Shown: one piece after another, positions 1 to 8,915 of the stretch | Position numbering within the stretch: position 1 is the first letter of the stretch | Layout: each line of letters begins with the position of its first letter | NCBI GenBank assembly: GCA_934702355.1 | Contig: CAKUXX010000006.1 | Location: 73,776-137,775, forward strand | Length of the DNA stretch: 64,000 nt | Direction of reading: 5' to 3' | Source: an uncultured Methanomassiliicoccales archaeon | Lineage (GTDB): Archaea; Thermoplasmatota; Thermoplasmata; Methanomassiliicoccales; Methanomethylophilaceae | Translations under genes and position numbers: made by a program | Notes under the pieces: generated by a model | Database searches by the model: none | What the model was told of the DNA's origin: nothing | What the model saw: the letters and a program-made list of their open reading frames with translations, nothing else

Positions 1-249
1 GTCTTCGATGCCCTCAAGGACATGAACGGGGGATCTATCAACACAGGTATCCTGAACTACATCATGGCGTTCCCCGAGCACATCGGCGATATCATGACCG
101 CCTTCGCGAACAGCGTCGACTTCTCGTTCATCGCAGGCGGAGTCATCATCCTCCTGCTGGTGGTCATCGGAGTGATCTTCAAGGCACAGACTCCCGATAT
201 GGACGAGGAGTTCGAGAGCGCCAAGAAGAAGGTCGAAGAGGGCCAGTGA
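1..249 (+). CDS. C-terminal end of a membrane protein (ORF open at window edge)
   Basis: Frame 1 is open from nt 1 (VFDALKDMNGG..). One hydrophobic helix (IAGGVIILLLVVIGVIF) is followed by an acidic tail. TGA at 247-249 is followed by a T-rich tract. Confidence 0.4.
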   Translation, partial: VFDALKDMNGGSINTGILNYIMAFPEHIGDIMTAFANSVDFSFIAGGVIILLLVVIGVIFKAQTPDMDEEFESAKKKVEEGQ

Positions 250-620
250 ATTCTCTTTTTCTGCGGCATCCGGGCCTGTGTCGGCATTTGTATCCGGAAC
301 ATCCGTTCCGATGCGGGGGCACGGGCCCGACTGTCTGCATAACATGGAAATACAACCACATTGTGGACTGCCTGTGTTTCAATCCCGTGAGGGGAGTCAA
401 CGGCAGTCGAACAGATAACTTACAAGAACCTCGACCGCAGGGCCCGTAGGACTATCTCATTCTGATCCCATATCTTTGCGGATGTCTGGCTGCCTTCATC
501 GGATACCATTTCCATCTATTCCGAATTCGTATCAGAAGTACAGGTGGGATGAACCGCAGATCATGACGACACGCCCGCGGAATCACAGGGCATGTCGAAC
601 TCAAAGAAGAAGTGTAACAA

Positions 621-660
621 AGAAAAAGGGTCTGTCCGACCACTGGCCGGACAGAGTTTT
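621..660. terminator. Hairpin flanked by A/T tracts downstream of the transporter gene
   Basis: 8-bp stem TCTGTCCG (631-638) / CGGACAGA (648-655). On the minus strand it sits about 10 nt past the stop at 666 and is followed by CCCTTTTTCTTTG. Confidence 0.4.
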
Positions 661-665
661 GATAA

Positions 666-2045
666 TCAGATCTTGTAGATTCCTGCGATTCCCAGGATAC
701 CGAGGGCGAACACAACGAACACGCAGATGGGGCAGACCCACTTGACCATGAACGAGTAGATGTCCGCATAGCAGAGACCGTACTTGCTCTCGTTGAATCC
801 GATCTCGTCCGTGATCTTCTTCATGCCCACGACGTGGCCGATGATGACACAGATCAGCAAGGCGAATATGGGCATCAGGATGTTGTTCGAGATCTCATCG
901 AAGAAGGTCAGGATGTCCTTGCCCATCGGGGTGACATCGGACAGCGCTCCGAATCCGAGGCAGGACAGCATACCGAGTCCGACGATGAGCACGGTACACA
1001 GGATGCTGGCGTTCACACGGTTCATCTTGAACTTGTCCTTGAACACGGAGACGACCGTTTCCGAAAGGGAGATGGCGGACGTCACTGCCGCGAAGATGAC
1101 CAGCAGGAAGAATGCCGCTGCGATGATGTGTCCTGCGGGCATCGCCTCGAACACCTTGGGCATGGTTCCGAACATGAGACCGACTCCGCCGTTTCCGGTT
1201 CCGGTTCCGGTGAACACCATTGTTGCGGGGATGATGACGAGTCCTGCAAGGAATGCGACGAGCATATCCATGATACAGATGACACGTGCGGAGCTGGGGA
1301 TGTGAACATCCTTCTTCATGTACGAACCATAGGTGATCATGATACCCATGGCGAGCGAGAGCGAGTAGAACACCTGTCCCATCGCACCGAGGACCGTCTC
1401 CATCGAGAAGTCCGACATCTGGGGCACGAGGTAGTGCTTGAGTCCATCTCCGATTCCGTCGAGGGTCATGGTGTAGGCGCAGATTCCGACGAGGAGCACC
1501 AGGAGTGCGGGCATGAGGATCTTGCTGACCCTCTCGACACCCTTCTCCACACCGAGCACGACGACGGCCATGGTCATCGCCACGAAGATCAGGAACCAGA
1601 GCACGGGACTGTCGAACAGTCCGGTCATTCCGCCCGAGACGAAGTCTCCGAAGAACGAATCGCTTCCGACAAGGGATCCGCTTCCTACAGCGTATTCGAC
1701 GAAGTATTTGGTGACCCATCCACCGATGACACAGTAGTATGGGACGATTATCATTGGGATTATAAGTCCGAGCCATCCGACAACCTTGTATTTGGCACAG
1801 AGGTCCTGGAAGGCATCGATACAGGATTTTCCAGTGTAGCGTCCGACAGCAAGCTCGGTGATCATGAGGATCATTCCGACGACGAGTGACAGGACAAGGT
1901 ACGTTACGAGGAACGCACCGCCTCCGTATTTATCAGCAAGGTATGGGAACCTCCAAATGTTCCCAAGACCGACGGCCGAACCCGCGGCCGCCATGATGAA
2001 ACCGATTCTGCCGGTAAAGTTGCCGCGCGATTCAGTAGTCTCCAT
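666..2045 (-). CDS. Sodium-dependent transporter, neurotransmitter:sodium symporter (SNF/NSS) family
   Basis: 459-aa polytopic membrane ORF with the N-terminal GLGNIWRFPYL motif typical of NSS transporters. The antisense ORFs are compositionally aberrant. Confidence 0.9.
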   Translation of the reverse strand: METTESRGNFTGRIGFIMAAAGSAVGLGNIWRFPYLADKYGGGAFLVTYLVLSLVVGMILMITELAVGRYTGKSCIDAFQDLCAKYKVVGWLGLIIPMIIVPYYCVIGGWVTKYFVEYAVGSGSLVGSDSFFGDFVSGGMTGLFDSPVLWFLIFVAMTMAVVVLGVEKGVERVSKILMPALLVLLVGICAYTMTLDGIGDGLKHYLVPQMSDFSMETVLGAMGQVFYSLSLAMGIMITYGSYMKKDVHIPSSARVICIMDMLVAFLAGLVIIPATMVFTGTGTGNGGVGLMFGTMPKVFEAMPAGHIIAAAFFLLVIFAAVTSAISLSETVVSVFKDKFKMNRVNASILCTVLIVGLGMLSCLGFGALSDVTPMGKDILTFFDEISNNILMPIFALLICVIIGHVVGMKKITDEIGFNESKYGLCYADIYSFMVKWVCPICVFVVFALGILGIAGIYKI

Positions 2046-2202
2046 GGGAACTGTAAGGTTTGTTATTGTTTAAAAAAGAACATCATGAATTTCGGTTTTT
2101 TCGTTGAATCCTATCGTGCCAGTATGATTCCCCCATGGCATTGTCTTTAACGCCGTTTCTCCCCCGCTATTATGACGCGATATACGCGCGCGTACGGAAT
2201 AA

Positions 2203-2212
2203 CATATAAATG
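2203..2212 (+). promoter_or_regulatory. Candidate TATA box for ilvC
   Basis: CATATAAATG lies about 40 nt upstream of the ATG at 2248, in a divergent intergenic region. Confidence 0.35.
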
Positions 2213-2247
2213 GAATGTGTTGGTAATGCGCATCATAGGTGCTAAAC

Positions 2248-3234
2248 ATGAAGCTATACCATGAGCACGATGCGGACCTCAACGTCCTCGCAGGCAAGAA
2301 AGTCGCAGTCCTCGGTTACGGGGCACAGGGAAGGGCCCAGGCCCTCTGTTTCCACGATTCCGGAATCGACGTCACCGTCGGAGTCAGGAAAGACGGAAAA
2401 TCCTGGAACAAGGTCAAGGAGGACGGTCTCAAGGTCGCCGAGTTCGCCGACGCCGTCAAGGACGCCGATGTCGTTCTCATGCTCCTCCCCGACGAGGTCC
2501 AGCCCGACATCTACAAGCAGTACGTCGAGCCCAACCTCAAGAAGGGCGCCGCACTGGAGTTCGCCCACGGATTCGCCATCACATACAAGCTCATCACACC
2601 TCCCGCAGACGTCGACGTCATCATGATGGCCCCCAAGGCCCCTGGAGACATGGAGAGGGTCGTCTTCACAGAGGGATTCGGAGTCCCCGCACTCATCTGT
2701 GTCCACCAGGATGCCACAGGCAACGCGAAGAGCATCGCACTCGCACTCGCCAAGGGACTCGGATCCACCCGCGCCGGTGTCTTCGAGACCACATTCGACA
2801 ACGAGACCTACACCGATCTCTTCGGCGAGCAGGCCGTCCTCTGCGGAGGACTCACAGCACTCATCAGGGCCGGATTCAAGACCCTGACCGATGCAGGCTA
2901 CCCCCCTGAGATGGCATACTTCGAGGTCCTCCACGAGACCAAGCTCATCGACGACCTCATCATCAAGGGCGGATTCGAGCTCATGTGGAACGTCGTCTCC
3001 AACACCGCCGAGTACGGCGGAATGACCAGGAGGGACAGGGTCATCACACCCGAGTCCGAGGCCGGAATGAAATCCATCCTCGACGAGATCGAGAACGGAA
3101 AGTTCAAGGACGAGTGGAGGGCCGAGTGGGCCGCAGGACTCGTCAACCTCAAGAAGATGGAGGAGGACGAGAAGAAGCTCCAGCTGGAGATCACTGGAAA
3201 GGAGATCCGCCAGCTCTTCGAGAGGAAGAACTGA
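2248..3234 (+). CDS. ilvC: Ketol-acid reductoisomerase (class I)
   Basis: MKLYHEHDADLNVLAGKKVAVLGYGAQGRAQA.. Rossmann N-terminus and full-length KARI-like sequence. ATG at 2248; the ORF track starts at an upstream GTG at 2239. Confidence 0.95.
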   Translation: MKLYHEHDADLNVLAGKKVAVLGYGAQGRAQALCFHDSGIDVTVGVRKDGKSWNKVKEDGLKVAEFADAVKDADVVLMLLPDEVQPDIYKQYVEPNLKKGAALEFAHGFAITYKLITPPADVDVIMMAPKAPGDMERVVFTEGFGVPALICVHQDATGNAKSIALALAKGLGSTRAGVFETTFDNETYTDLFGEQAVLCGGLTALIRAGFKTLTDAGYPPEMAYFEVLHETKLIDDLIIKGGFELMWNVVSNTAEYGGMTRRDRVITPESEAGMKSILDEIENGKFKDEWRAEWAAGLVNLKKMEEDEKKLQLEITGKEIRQLFERKN

Positions 3235-3249
3235 TCTTCCTCCAGCCGG

Positions 3250-3639
3250 GTGGTGTCCGTGAGCAGGATCGAGATAAGGACGAGGAACGGAGTGTTCTCC
3301 GGAGAGCTCGACGATTCCGACATCTCGAACGCCATCTGGCTTTCCAAACCCATTTCCCTGGAGATCAACATGATGTCCGGGATGATCTACGGCGAGCTTC
3401 CCCTGGAGGCCATCATCCCCAAGGAGGGGCGCACGACCTCTCTGGAAACAGGGGACATCGCCTACTGGCCCGGACCCGGCGCATTCTGCATATTCTACGG
3501 TCCGACCATGCTCAGCGGAGAGGACGGGAACCCCGTGGCCCCGTATCCCGTGGTGAAGATAGGGAAGATGATCGGCGACTGCTCCGGACTGGACGGCGCG
3601 GGCGACAGGCAGAAGATCACCATAGTCCCCACATTCTGA
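3250..3639 (+). CDS. Cyclophilin-like fold protein (TM1367/PF04126-like)
   Basis: 129 aa; the block GDIAYWPGPGAFCIFYGPT resembles the small cyclophilin-like family. GTG start. Confidence 0.55.
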   Translation: MVSVSRIEIRTRNGVFSGELDDSDISNAIWLSKPISLEINMMSGMIYGELPLEAIIPKEGRTTSLETGDIAYWPGPGAFCIFYGPTMLSGEDGNPVAPYPVVKIGKMIGDCSGLDGAGDRQKITIVPTF

Positions 3640-3683
3640 CGCCATCGGCAACATTCAATATCTGTACCAAGATACGCAGGCAT

Positions 3684-5072
3684 ATGGCCGAGTATCCAGA
3701 TTTGCAGACCACTGACGAGGGAAGGGAATTCGAGAAGGAGATAGATCTCATCCTGTCCGCGGAGAAGAAGGACTTTCCGTCCTACTACGGCGGACTGAAG
3801 GTCGCTTCGGGCAACGAGTTCATCCTCCACAGCCCTATCGACGAGACCATCCGCTACGGCAGGTTCCAGGAGCCCGAGGAGGGCATAATGGTCGAGGCCG
3901 TCACAGCCTCCCTGAAGGCATTCGGCGAGTGGTCCCAGGTCCCGGTCGCCGAGCGTGCGGGATACTTCTCCAAATTCCTGACGCTTCTCAAGGCCAGGCG
4001 CATGTACTACGCGGCGATGGTCACCGTCTCCTCAGGAATGGTCAGACAGGATGCCGTCGCAGAGGTCGATGCTCTCATATCAACTCTCGAGAGGATCATC
4101 TCCGAGGCGGACGGATTCAAGGGCAAGCCGATGGGTGTGTGGGCCGTCCTGTCCGCGCACAACTCCCCGATGGCATCCCCGATCGCCTACGCTGTGGGTG
4201 CGATGATCGCCGGGAACACGGTTGTCATGAACCCTTCGAACACATGTCCCCTGCCGATCTACACATTCTACGAGACGATGGAGCGCTACGGGCTCCCTGG
4301 AGGTGTCCTGTCTCTGATAGTCGACAGGAACGAGCAGTCCACCGAGGACCTCGCCAACGACATGAGGGTCGTGGGAATAGCCGCGACCGGATCAGGCGAG
4401 AGGCTGGAGGATCTGATGTTCCTGCAGGTCGACGACGAACTCAAGTTCATCAACGAGATCAAAGGGATGAATCCTGCAGTAGTCTACCGTCCTTCCGACA
4501 TGAAGGCGGCCGCCCGCAGCATCATCGAATCGGCATTCGCATACGGAGGCCAGCGCCTCTACTCCTGTTCCAAGGTCATAGTCACCTCGGACGACCAGAA
4601 GCGCCTGATGGACGCTATAATCGAGCTGATGAAGGACCTCCGCATCGGAGACCCCGTCGACGACACGTCCTTCTCCGGACCGCTCATAAGCGATGCCGCC
4701 GCGAAGCGCTTCCAGAGCCTCACGCTCGACAACATGGCGTATGTGATCTCCCGTGCCCCCGTGCCGATGAACGTGCCTCAGGGCGCCTATGTCGCACCTG
4801 TTGTCATGTCCGGTCTCGAAGAGGACAACGACCTGAACTACATGGATTCGGGACTTCCCATCCTGGGGATAAAGGTCGTGGATTCCATCGATGCCGCATT
4901 CGAGGAGCTCGAGGACACCGAGTGCGGACTGTCCGCAGGACTCTTCACCAAGGACCCCAAGGTCATCGACCGCTTCAAGTCGGAAGTTGACGTACCGCAG
5001 GTCTACATCAACGAGAGCAGCAGGTCGCTGAAACCCGTCGCAAACCTCAAACTCGCTGATTTCACCAAGTGA
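3684..5072 (+). CDS. Aldehyde dehydrogenase superfamily protein (divergent)
   Basis: Begins at ATG 3684 (MAEYPDLQ..). The ORF-track N-terminal extension back to 2985 overlaps ilvC and is Arg-rich junk. ALDH-like throughout, with EIKGMNP and GGQRLYSCSKV at the catalytic Glu and Cys positions. Confidence 0.8.
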   Translation: MAEYPDLQTTDEGREFEKEIDLILSAEKKDFPSYYGGLKVASGNEFILHSPIDETIRYGRFQEPEEGIMVEAVTASLKAFGEWSQVPVAERAGYFSKFLTLLKARRMYYAAMVTVSSGMVRQDAVAEVDALISTLERIISEADGFKGKPMGVWAVLSAHNSPMASPIAYAVGAMIAGNTVVMNPSNTCPLPIYTFYETMERYGLPGGVLSLIVDRNEQSTEDLANDMRVVGIAATGSGERLEDLMFLQVDDELKFINEIKGMNPAVVYRPSDMKAAARSIIESAFAYGGQRLYSCSKVIVTSDDQKRLMDAIIELMKDLRIGDPVDDTSFSGPLISDAAAKRFQSLTLDNMAYVISRAPVPMNVPQGAYVAPVVMSGLEEDNDLNYMDSGLPILGIKVVDSIDAAFEELEDTECGLSAGLFTKDPKVIDRFKSEVDVPQVYINESSRSLKPVANLKLADFTK

Positions 5073-5651
5073 TCAGCACATCCTGACCTCTTTGGCGCAG
5101 TGCTTCAGCATCCCCGCCATCGAGGTCAGCTCACTTGTCTTGTAACGCTTGTCCCCGGAATGCCTGAGGAATATCGCCTGCGCTCCGGAGATCTTCTCGG
5201 AGAGCTCCTTCGCATCCTCCGGTCTGACGTGGCCCGGTCCGACGGTCACTGTGACGTACAATGTGCAGCCGTTGTTCCTGACGATCTCCATCGTCCTCAT
5301 CTGCGCATGGTCGGGTATGCTGTCGAGATGCATCAGAACGGTATCCGCATATCCCGCACCGAGGATGTCGTCCAGGGGGTCGGGGAACCGGCCGGAAGTG
5401 GACAGGACCGTGCGCATGTGCTTCGGTCTGATCTCCTTGATGACGCTGTGCACATTCGGAACGGACATGATGTCCTCTCCGTCACAGCCTGTGAACATGA
5501 GTGCATCCAATGAATCTCTGTCATCGCGCACGGTGTTCGCGATGCCGTTGATGTTGAGGCCATCCTCCTCCTTTGCGGACAGTTCCACACAGGCCAGATA
5601 AAGTCCCGGGATGGAGGTCGTGTCGATCCTATGGAATCCGGATATGGTCAT
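5073..5651 (-). CDS. Radical-SAM activase-like protein lacking the CxxxCxxC motif
   Basis: 192 aa. ISGFHRIDTTSIPGLYLACVEL and LMFTGCDGED..VLSTSGRFPDP resemble NrdG/PflA-type activases, but the cluster cysteines and the GGEP motif are replaced. It is the last gene of a tight minus-strand operon. Confidence 0.5.
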   Translation of the reverse strand: MTISGFHRIDTTSIPGLYLACVELSAKEEDGLNINGIANTVRDDRDSLDALMFTGCDGEDIMSVPNVHSVIKEIRPKHMRTVLSTSGRFPDPLDDILGAGYADTVLMHLDSIPDHAQMRTMEIVRNNGCTLYVTVTVGPGHVRPEDAKELSEKISGAQAIFLRHSGDKRYKTSELTSMAGMLKHCAKEVRMC

Positions 5652-5680
5652 CTGGAGGAATCAGGTATTAAAAGTCTATA

Positions 5681-6352
5681 TCAGTTTTCGTCCGAAAGTG
5701 TTCCGTGGGCACAGGAATCCATCAAAGTATCCAATATCCTGCAGCCTTCCGGATCGAGGTCGTCGAGCACTATGATGCTTCCGTGTCTGAGGATGGACAC
5801 GGACGCTATCGACATCGCGTACTCCCCAGACCACGAACGTGTCATGACAGGATTCTTCGCAAGCGGGATGTCATGCTCCGAGGCGAGTCTGCTCAGGTCG
5901 GTGTTGATCTCCAGGCAGGATTTCATGTTCCTGATCGCAGGATTCAGTATGATGTCGGAAACCCCTGCAGATGCTGCGGATTCTGCGTTGTCCATCAGGT
6001 CCTGAACATCGATACCAGGCACGGCCAGAGGGTTCCCGAATATCGATGACAGCATGGATGCCTCCGATAGGATGGATGCATCCGCCGGGCAGAGGATGGC
6101 TTCGGGATACATCTGAGAAACGGCTCTGAGGCAGATCGGATCGGATGATTCGGACACAATTTTGAATCCGACCGCAGAGGCGATGGATACCGCGGCTGCG
6201 AACATCTCCGGGTCGAAGGAATCGTTCCTCACGCATATGTGGTCAAGATGGGGGCAGGATGAGCGCAGGTTGTTGAGTGCGGAGACGCGTTCGAGGATCA
6301 TGTTCGCCGGAAGGGCATCCGATACGCTCAATGCAATGAATTGTCCGCTCAT
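5681..6352 (-). CDS. CdhE/CdhD-like TIM-barrel protein (corrinoid Fe-S protein subunit-like, no cluster or corrinoid domain)
   Basis: 223 aa. Segments DIILNPAIRNM..SRLASEHDIPLAKNPVM..ASVSILRHGSIIVL resemble the barrel of the acetyl-CoA decarbonylase/synthase gamma/delta subunits. The stop of the upstream gene is 9 nt away. Confidence 0.45.
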   Translation of the reverse strand: MSGQFIALSVSDALPANMILERVSALNNLRSSCPHLDHICVRNDSFDPEMFAAAVSIASAVGFKIVSESSDPICLRAVSQMYPEAILCPADASILSEASMLSSIFGNPLAVPGIDVQDLMDNAESAASAGVSDIILNPAIRNMKSCLEINTDLSRLASEHDIPLAKNPVMTRSWSGEYAMSIASVSILRHGSIIVLDDLDPEGCRILDTLMDSCAHGTLSDEN

Positions 6353-6361
6353 GGTTCTACC

Positions 6362-7174
6362 TCACAGGTCTGCAAGCTCCTCGCCGTATACGCGTGCCAT
6401 ATCGGCCGCGCCGGGACCTCTCATGATTATTATGTCCGTTCCGGAGAGCATCGCGGACAATGCGGCCTCCGCCTCCCACATGGATGCCTCGCGTGCGTCG
6501 CGGAATCCGCGTTCCCAGCACTTCATCGTGCTCGCCATGGTGGGGTGTCTCAGACCGTGTTCTTCCGACAGGGCCCTCGAGCGCACCTCCTCGGCACGCT
6601 TTATGGAATCCTCCAGTTCTGGTCCGACGTCGAATCCCCCTAGATCGAGGATCATCTTCCCGCAACCGGATGATTCGACGGCCTCGGCACCCGATGAAAG
6701 CGAATCGGCATCACCGCCGAAGACGCACACAGCATGGTCTCCCGCATCTCCGTCGTACGTGCCGTCGCGTCCGATGAGTATCATCGTGGAATCACGGATG
6801 CCCGAAAGTTCGAAAAGGGTCTCGGGATCTGATGTCACGGCCACAGGGAGTCTTGTCCTGGAGACTATCCTCTCCACAAGCGACGTGTCCCCGTCGTTGA
6901 GATCGATCCAAATGCCGTCGGCACCGATCTCCTTCCACATCACGGCCCATTCTTCGGGGTCGTCCTGTCTTCCGGAGAACATCTCTCTCAGCAGTTCGGG
7001 GTAGGATTCCGGTCTGTCGGACACCTCTCCGAATATCAGGGGCCTCCTGCGGCGCGCATCGTCCAGATCGAGGAACGGAAGGCTCCACGAGCCTCCGGCC
7101 ACGTAATCCCCTTTTCCGAGGATCAGCTCGCCGAGTTGGGTGCAGCGCCCGCGTGAAGTTTTCGGAAGCCTCAT
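6362..7174 (-). CDS. CdhD-like protein (CODH/ACS delta-subunit-like TIM barrel)
   Basis: 270 aa. LPFLDLD..RRPLIFGEVSD, WKEIGADGIWIDL, KMILDLGGFDVGPELEDS and WEAEAALSAMLSGTDIIIMRGPGAA are colinear with the CdhD-family pattern as I remember it. Confidence 0.5.
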   Translation of the reverse strand: MRLPKTSRGRCTQLGELILGKGDYVAGGSWSLPFLDLDDARRRRPLIFGEVSDRPESYPELLREMFSGRQDDPEEWAVMWKEIGADGIWIDLNDGDTSLVERIVSRTRLPVAVTSDPETLFELSGIRDSTMILIGRDGTYDGDAGDHAVCVFGGDADSLSSGAEAVESSGCGKMILDLGGFDVGPELEDSIKRAEEVRSRALSEEHGLRHPTMASTMKCWERGFRDAREASMWEAEAALSAMLSGTDIIIMRGPGAADMARVYGEELADL

Positions 7175-7175
7175 G

Positions 7176-8084
7176 TCAGTTGAGCTCTGTGAGTTCCTTG
7201 ACGGTGAATATTCCGTTCAGCTTCTCCATGACCACGGGCAGGCTGTCGCGGATGTCCTCGAAGGACTTGTCGCTCTTGCCGATGTCCATGACTAGCTCCA
7301 GGTACATGGTCTCGTAGCAGATCTTGACCTTGCTGAAGACGGAGATCAGGTTGACGTTCCAGTCGGCGATGACGCTGAGCGCCTGGGTGATGCCTCCGGG
7401 GCAGTCTGGGATCTCCATTCCGAGCTTGACGAGGCGGGTGCCCTCCTTGAAGAATGTGAGGGACAGGATCCAGGAATCCGCGTCCATTGTGACCAGGACG
7501 TTCTTTCCGTCGATGCCCTTAAGGATGTCGCCGTACTGGTCTGCCACGTCGTAGCATCCGTTGACGATGTTGGACGGGTATCCCCTGCGGACCTCGGTCT
7601 TCCCGCTCTCGCTCTTGCCGCCTTTGAAGAGCCTTCCGATCTCGGCGGGCTTGAAGTCGATCCTCCTGATCTTGGAGACGGAGGGATCCCCCTTCTCCTT
7701 GAGGGACTCGAACTCCTCTTTGAGGATGTCCACTTCTCCGGCGAAGTTCATGTCGGCCATCAGCTTCCAGACGATGACCGTATCGGATATGCCGTTCAGG
7801 GAGATCGAGTTGAGGATGTTGATCTCCTTGGTCGCCAGAAAGTTGGCGGCCTGGGCACTGGATCCCGGGACGTCGTCCAGGTACATCGTGATGTGCGTGA
7901 GCGTACGGTAGTTCTCCTGGGGGAACATGGAAAGGATGATCTCGTAGTCCTTCGGACCCTCTGCGGGATGCTTGAACAGCGTGCTGTACACGCATCCGCC
8001 GTCCACCAGTCCCATTGTGTCGGACATCCAGCTGTCCACCTTGATCGACGATCCGTTGACCTTCGTAAACTCCCAGATCTTCAT
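7176..8084 (-). CDS. Protein with two ACT-like domains
   Basis: 302 aa with two ACT-like segments (ITMYLDDVPGSSAQAANFLATKEINILNSIS and LGMEIPDCPGGITQALSVIADWNVNLISVFS). First gene of the operon, 1 nt from the next gene. Confidence 0.55.
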   Translation of the reverse strand: MKIWEFTKVNGSSIKVDSWMSDTMGLVDGGCVYSTLFKHPAEGPKDYEIILSMFPQENYRTLTHITMYLDDVPGSSAQAANFLATKEINILNSISLNGISDTVIVWKLMADMNFAGEVDILKEEFESLKEKGDPSVSKIRRIDFKPAEIGRLFKGGKSESGKTEVRRGYPSNIVNGCYDVADQYGDILKGIDGKNVLVTMDADSWILSLTFFKEGTRLVKLGMEIPDCPGGITQALSVIADWNVNLISVFSKVKICYETMYLELVMDIGKSDKSFEDIRDSLPVVMEKLNGIFTVKELTELN

Positions 8085-8147
8085 ATGAGCACTGTCCCCG
8101 CCAACTGATTGCGGTATCTATAATGTTGCGGTCGGATCCCCCGGGGA

Positions 8148-8420
8148 TCACCTGCGGCCGGACAGGTCGAAGAGGTTCTTGGGGGATGTCAGAGGCTGCG
8201 TCCAGACGGGATCGTCCTCCAGCCTCTCCAGGTCCAGCATGATGTTGGTCAGGCTCTTCCCGTAGGATGGGTCGGATGCGATGCGCCTTATCGTCTCCGA
8301 GTTACCTTCGGACCTCTGCTCCAGGCCGGACATCCTCATCGCGGAATCGATCAGGTCCGCAGCCTCGTTCAGCAGCGACTGCGCCTTCCTGAGCATCTCC
8401 ATGCGGGTCTCATCATCCAT
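8148..8420 (-). CDS. Hypothetical small helical protein
   Basis: ATG at 8420 (MDDETRMEMLRKAQSLL..) lies 1 nt after the stop of the upstream gene. The longer ORF-track start at 8465 would overlap that gene. Confidence 0.45.
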   Translation of the reverse strand: MDDETRMEMLRKAQSLLNEAADLIDSAMRMSGLEQRSEGNSETIRRIASDPSYGKSLTNIMLDLERLEDDPVWTQPLTSPKNLFDLSGRR

Positions 8421-8421
8421 G

Positions 8422-8811
8422 TCATGTCCTCCTGACGATCCTATACCTAGCGGGGCGTACCGCATCCCCTTTGGCGGAGAATCCGCAGAGTCCGCAGGTG
8501 CGCTCCAGCTCCACCGTCCCCCATTCGAGGGTGCGGTTCCTTATCGACGACAGCTTGGTCCCGCACACGGGGCACTTGCTTCCAAGTTCCCTTCCCGAGG
8601 ACGCATAGCTGATCTCGACCTTGATGATGCCCCTCTTGAGTCCGATCCTGCGGATCCTCTCCGCGCCGATGCGGTAGTTGGGGTCCTCACACAGGAGTTC
8701 CGCGGCGACTATGTCGCACAGCTCCCTCTGGGAGCGCATGCGCGGCGTGCGGACAAGGCAGTTCTCTATCGCCCTGGCCACGGTGTCGTCGGAGGGGATC
8801 CTGTATGTCAT
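8422..8811 (-). CDS. Hypothetical protein with C-terminal zinc ribbon
   Basis: MTYRIPSDDTVARAIENCL.. followed by CPVCG..x19..CGLCG. The start is uncertain (8811, 8844 or 8877). Confidence 0.5.
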   Translation of the reverse strand: MTYRIPSDDTVARAIENCLVRTPRMRSQRELCDIVAAELLCEDPNYRIGAERIRRIGLKRGIIKVEISYASSGRELGSKCPVCGTKLSSIRNRTLEWGTVELERTCGLCGFSAKGDAVRPARYRIVRRT

Positions 8812-8883
8812 CGTATCCCGTAACGCGGATTCGTGATAAACCATTGGCCGTCGGAATGTCGGCGAATCGGCCGGCATTACTAC

Positions 8884-8891
8884 TTTTTAAA
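8884..8891 (+). promoter_or_regulatory. Candidate TATA box for tRNA-Leu
   Basis: TTTTTAAA is centred about 28 nt upstream of the tRNA 5' end at 8916. Confidence 0.5.
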
Positions 8892-8915
8892 CAGTTGCGG
8901 CATACGGAGGCACGC

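Noticed and set aside
250-665. Possible SRP (7S) RNA, because the minus strand contains GAAGGCAGCC, reminiscent of the helix-8 AGCAGCC motif.
   Set aside because: There is no GGAA/GNAR tetraloop closing a helix at that site, no matching 3' asymmetric-loop strand, and no Alu-domain-like 5' end. It is kept only as an unclassified structured spacer.
834-1889. Long antisense or alternative-frame ORFs throughout the window, for example 834-1889(+), 2254-3654(-), 19345-20955(+), 21228-22517(+), 22184-23557(+), 25017-26615(+), 33605-35161(-), 36019-37635(+), 51478-53358(+) and 60880-62367(-).
   Set aside because: They mirror well-supported genes on the opposite strand or in another frame. They have extreme Arg/His/Asp/Gly/Glu composition and no motifs, as expected for stop-poor shadow frames in GC-rich DNA.
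2985-3683. N-terminal 233-aa extension of the aldehyde dehydrogenase ORF.
   Set aside because: It overlaps ilvC and the cyclophilin-like gene in another frame and is Arg-rich nonsense. A clean ATG at 3684 begins the ALDH-like sequence.
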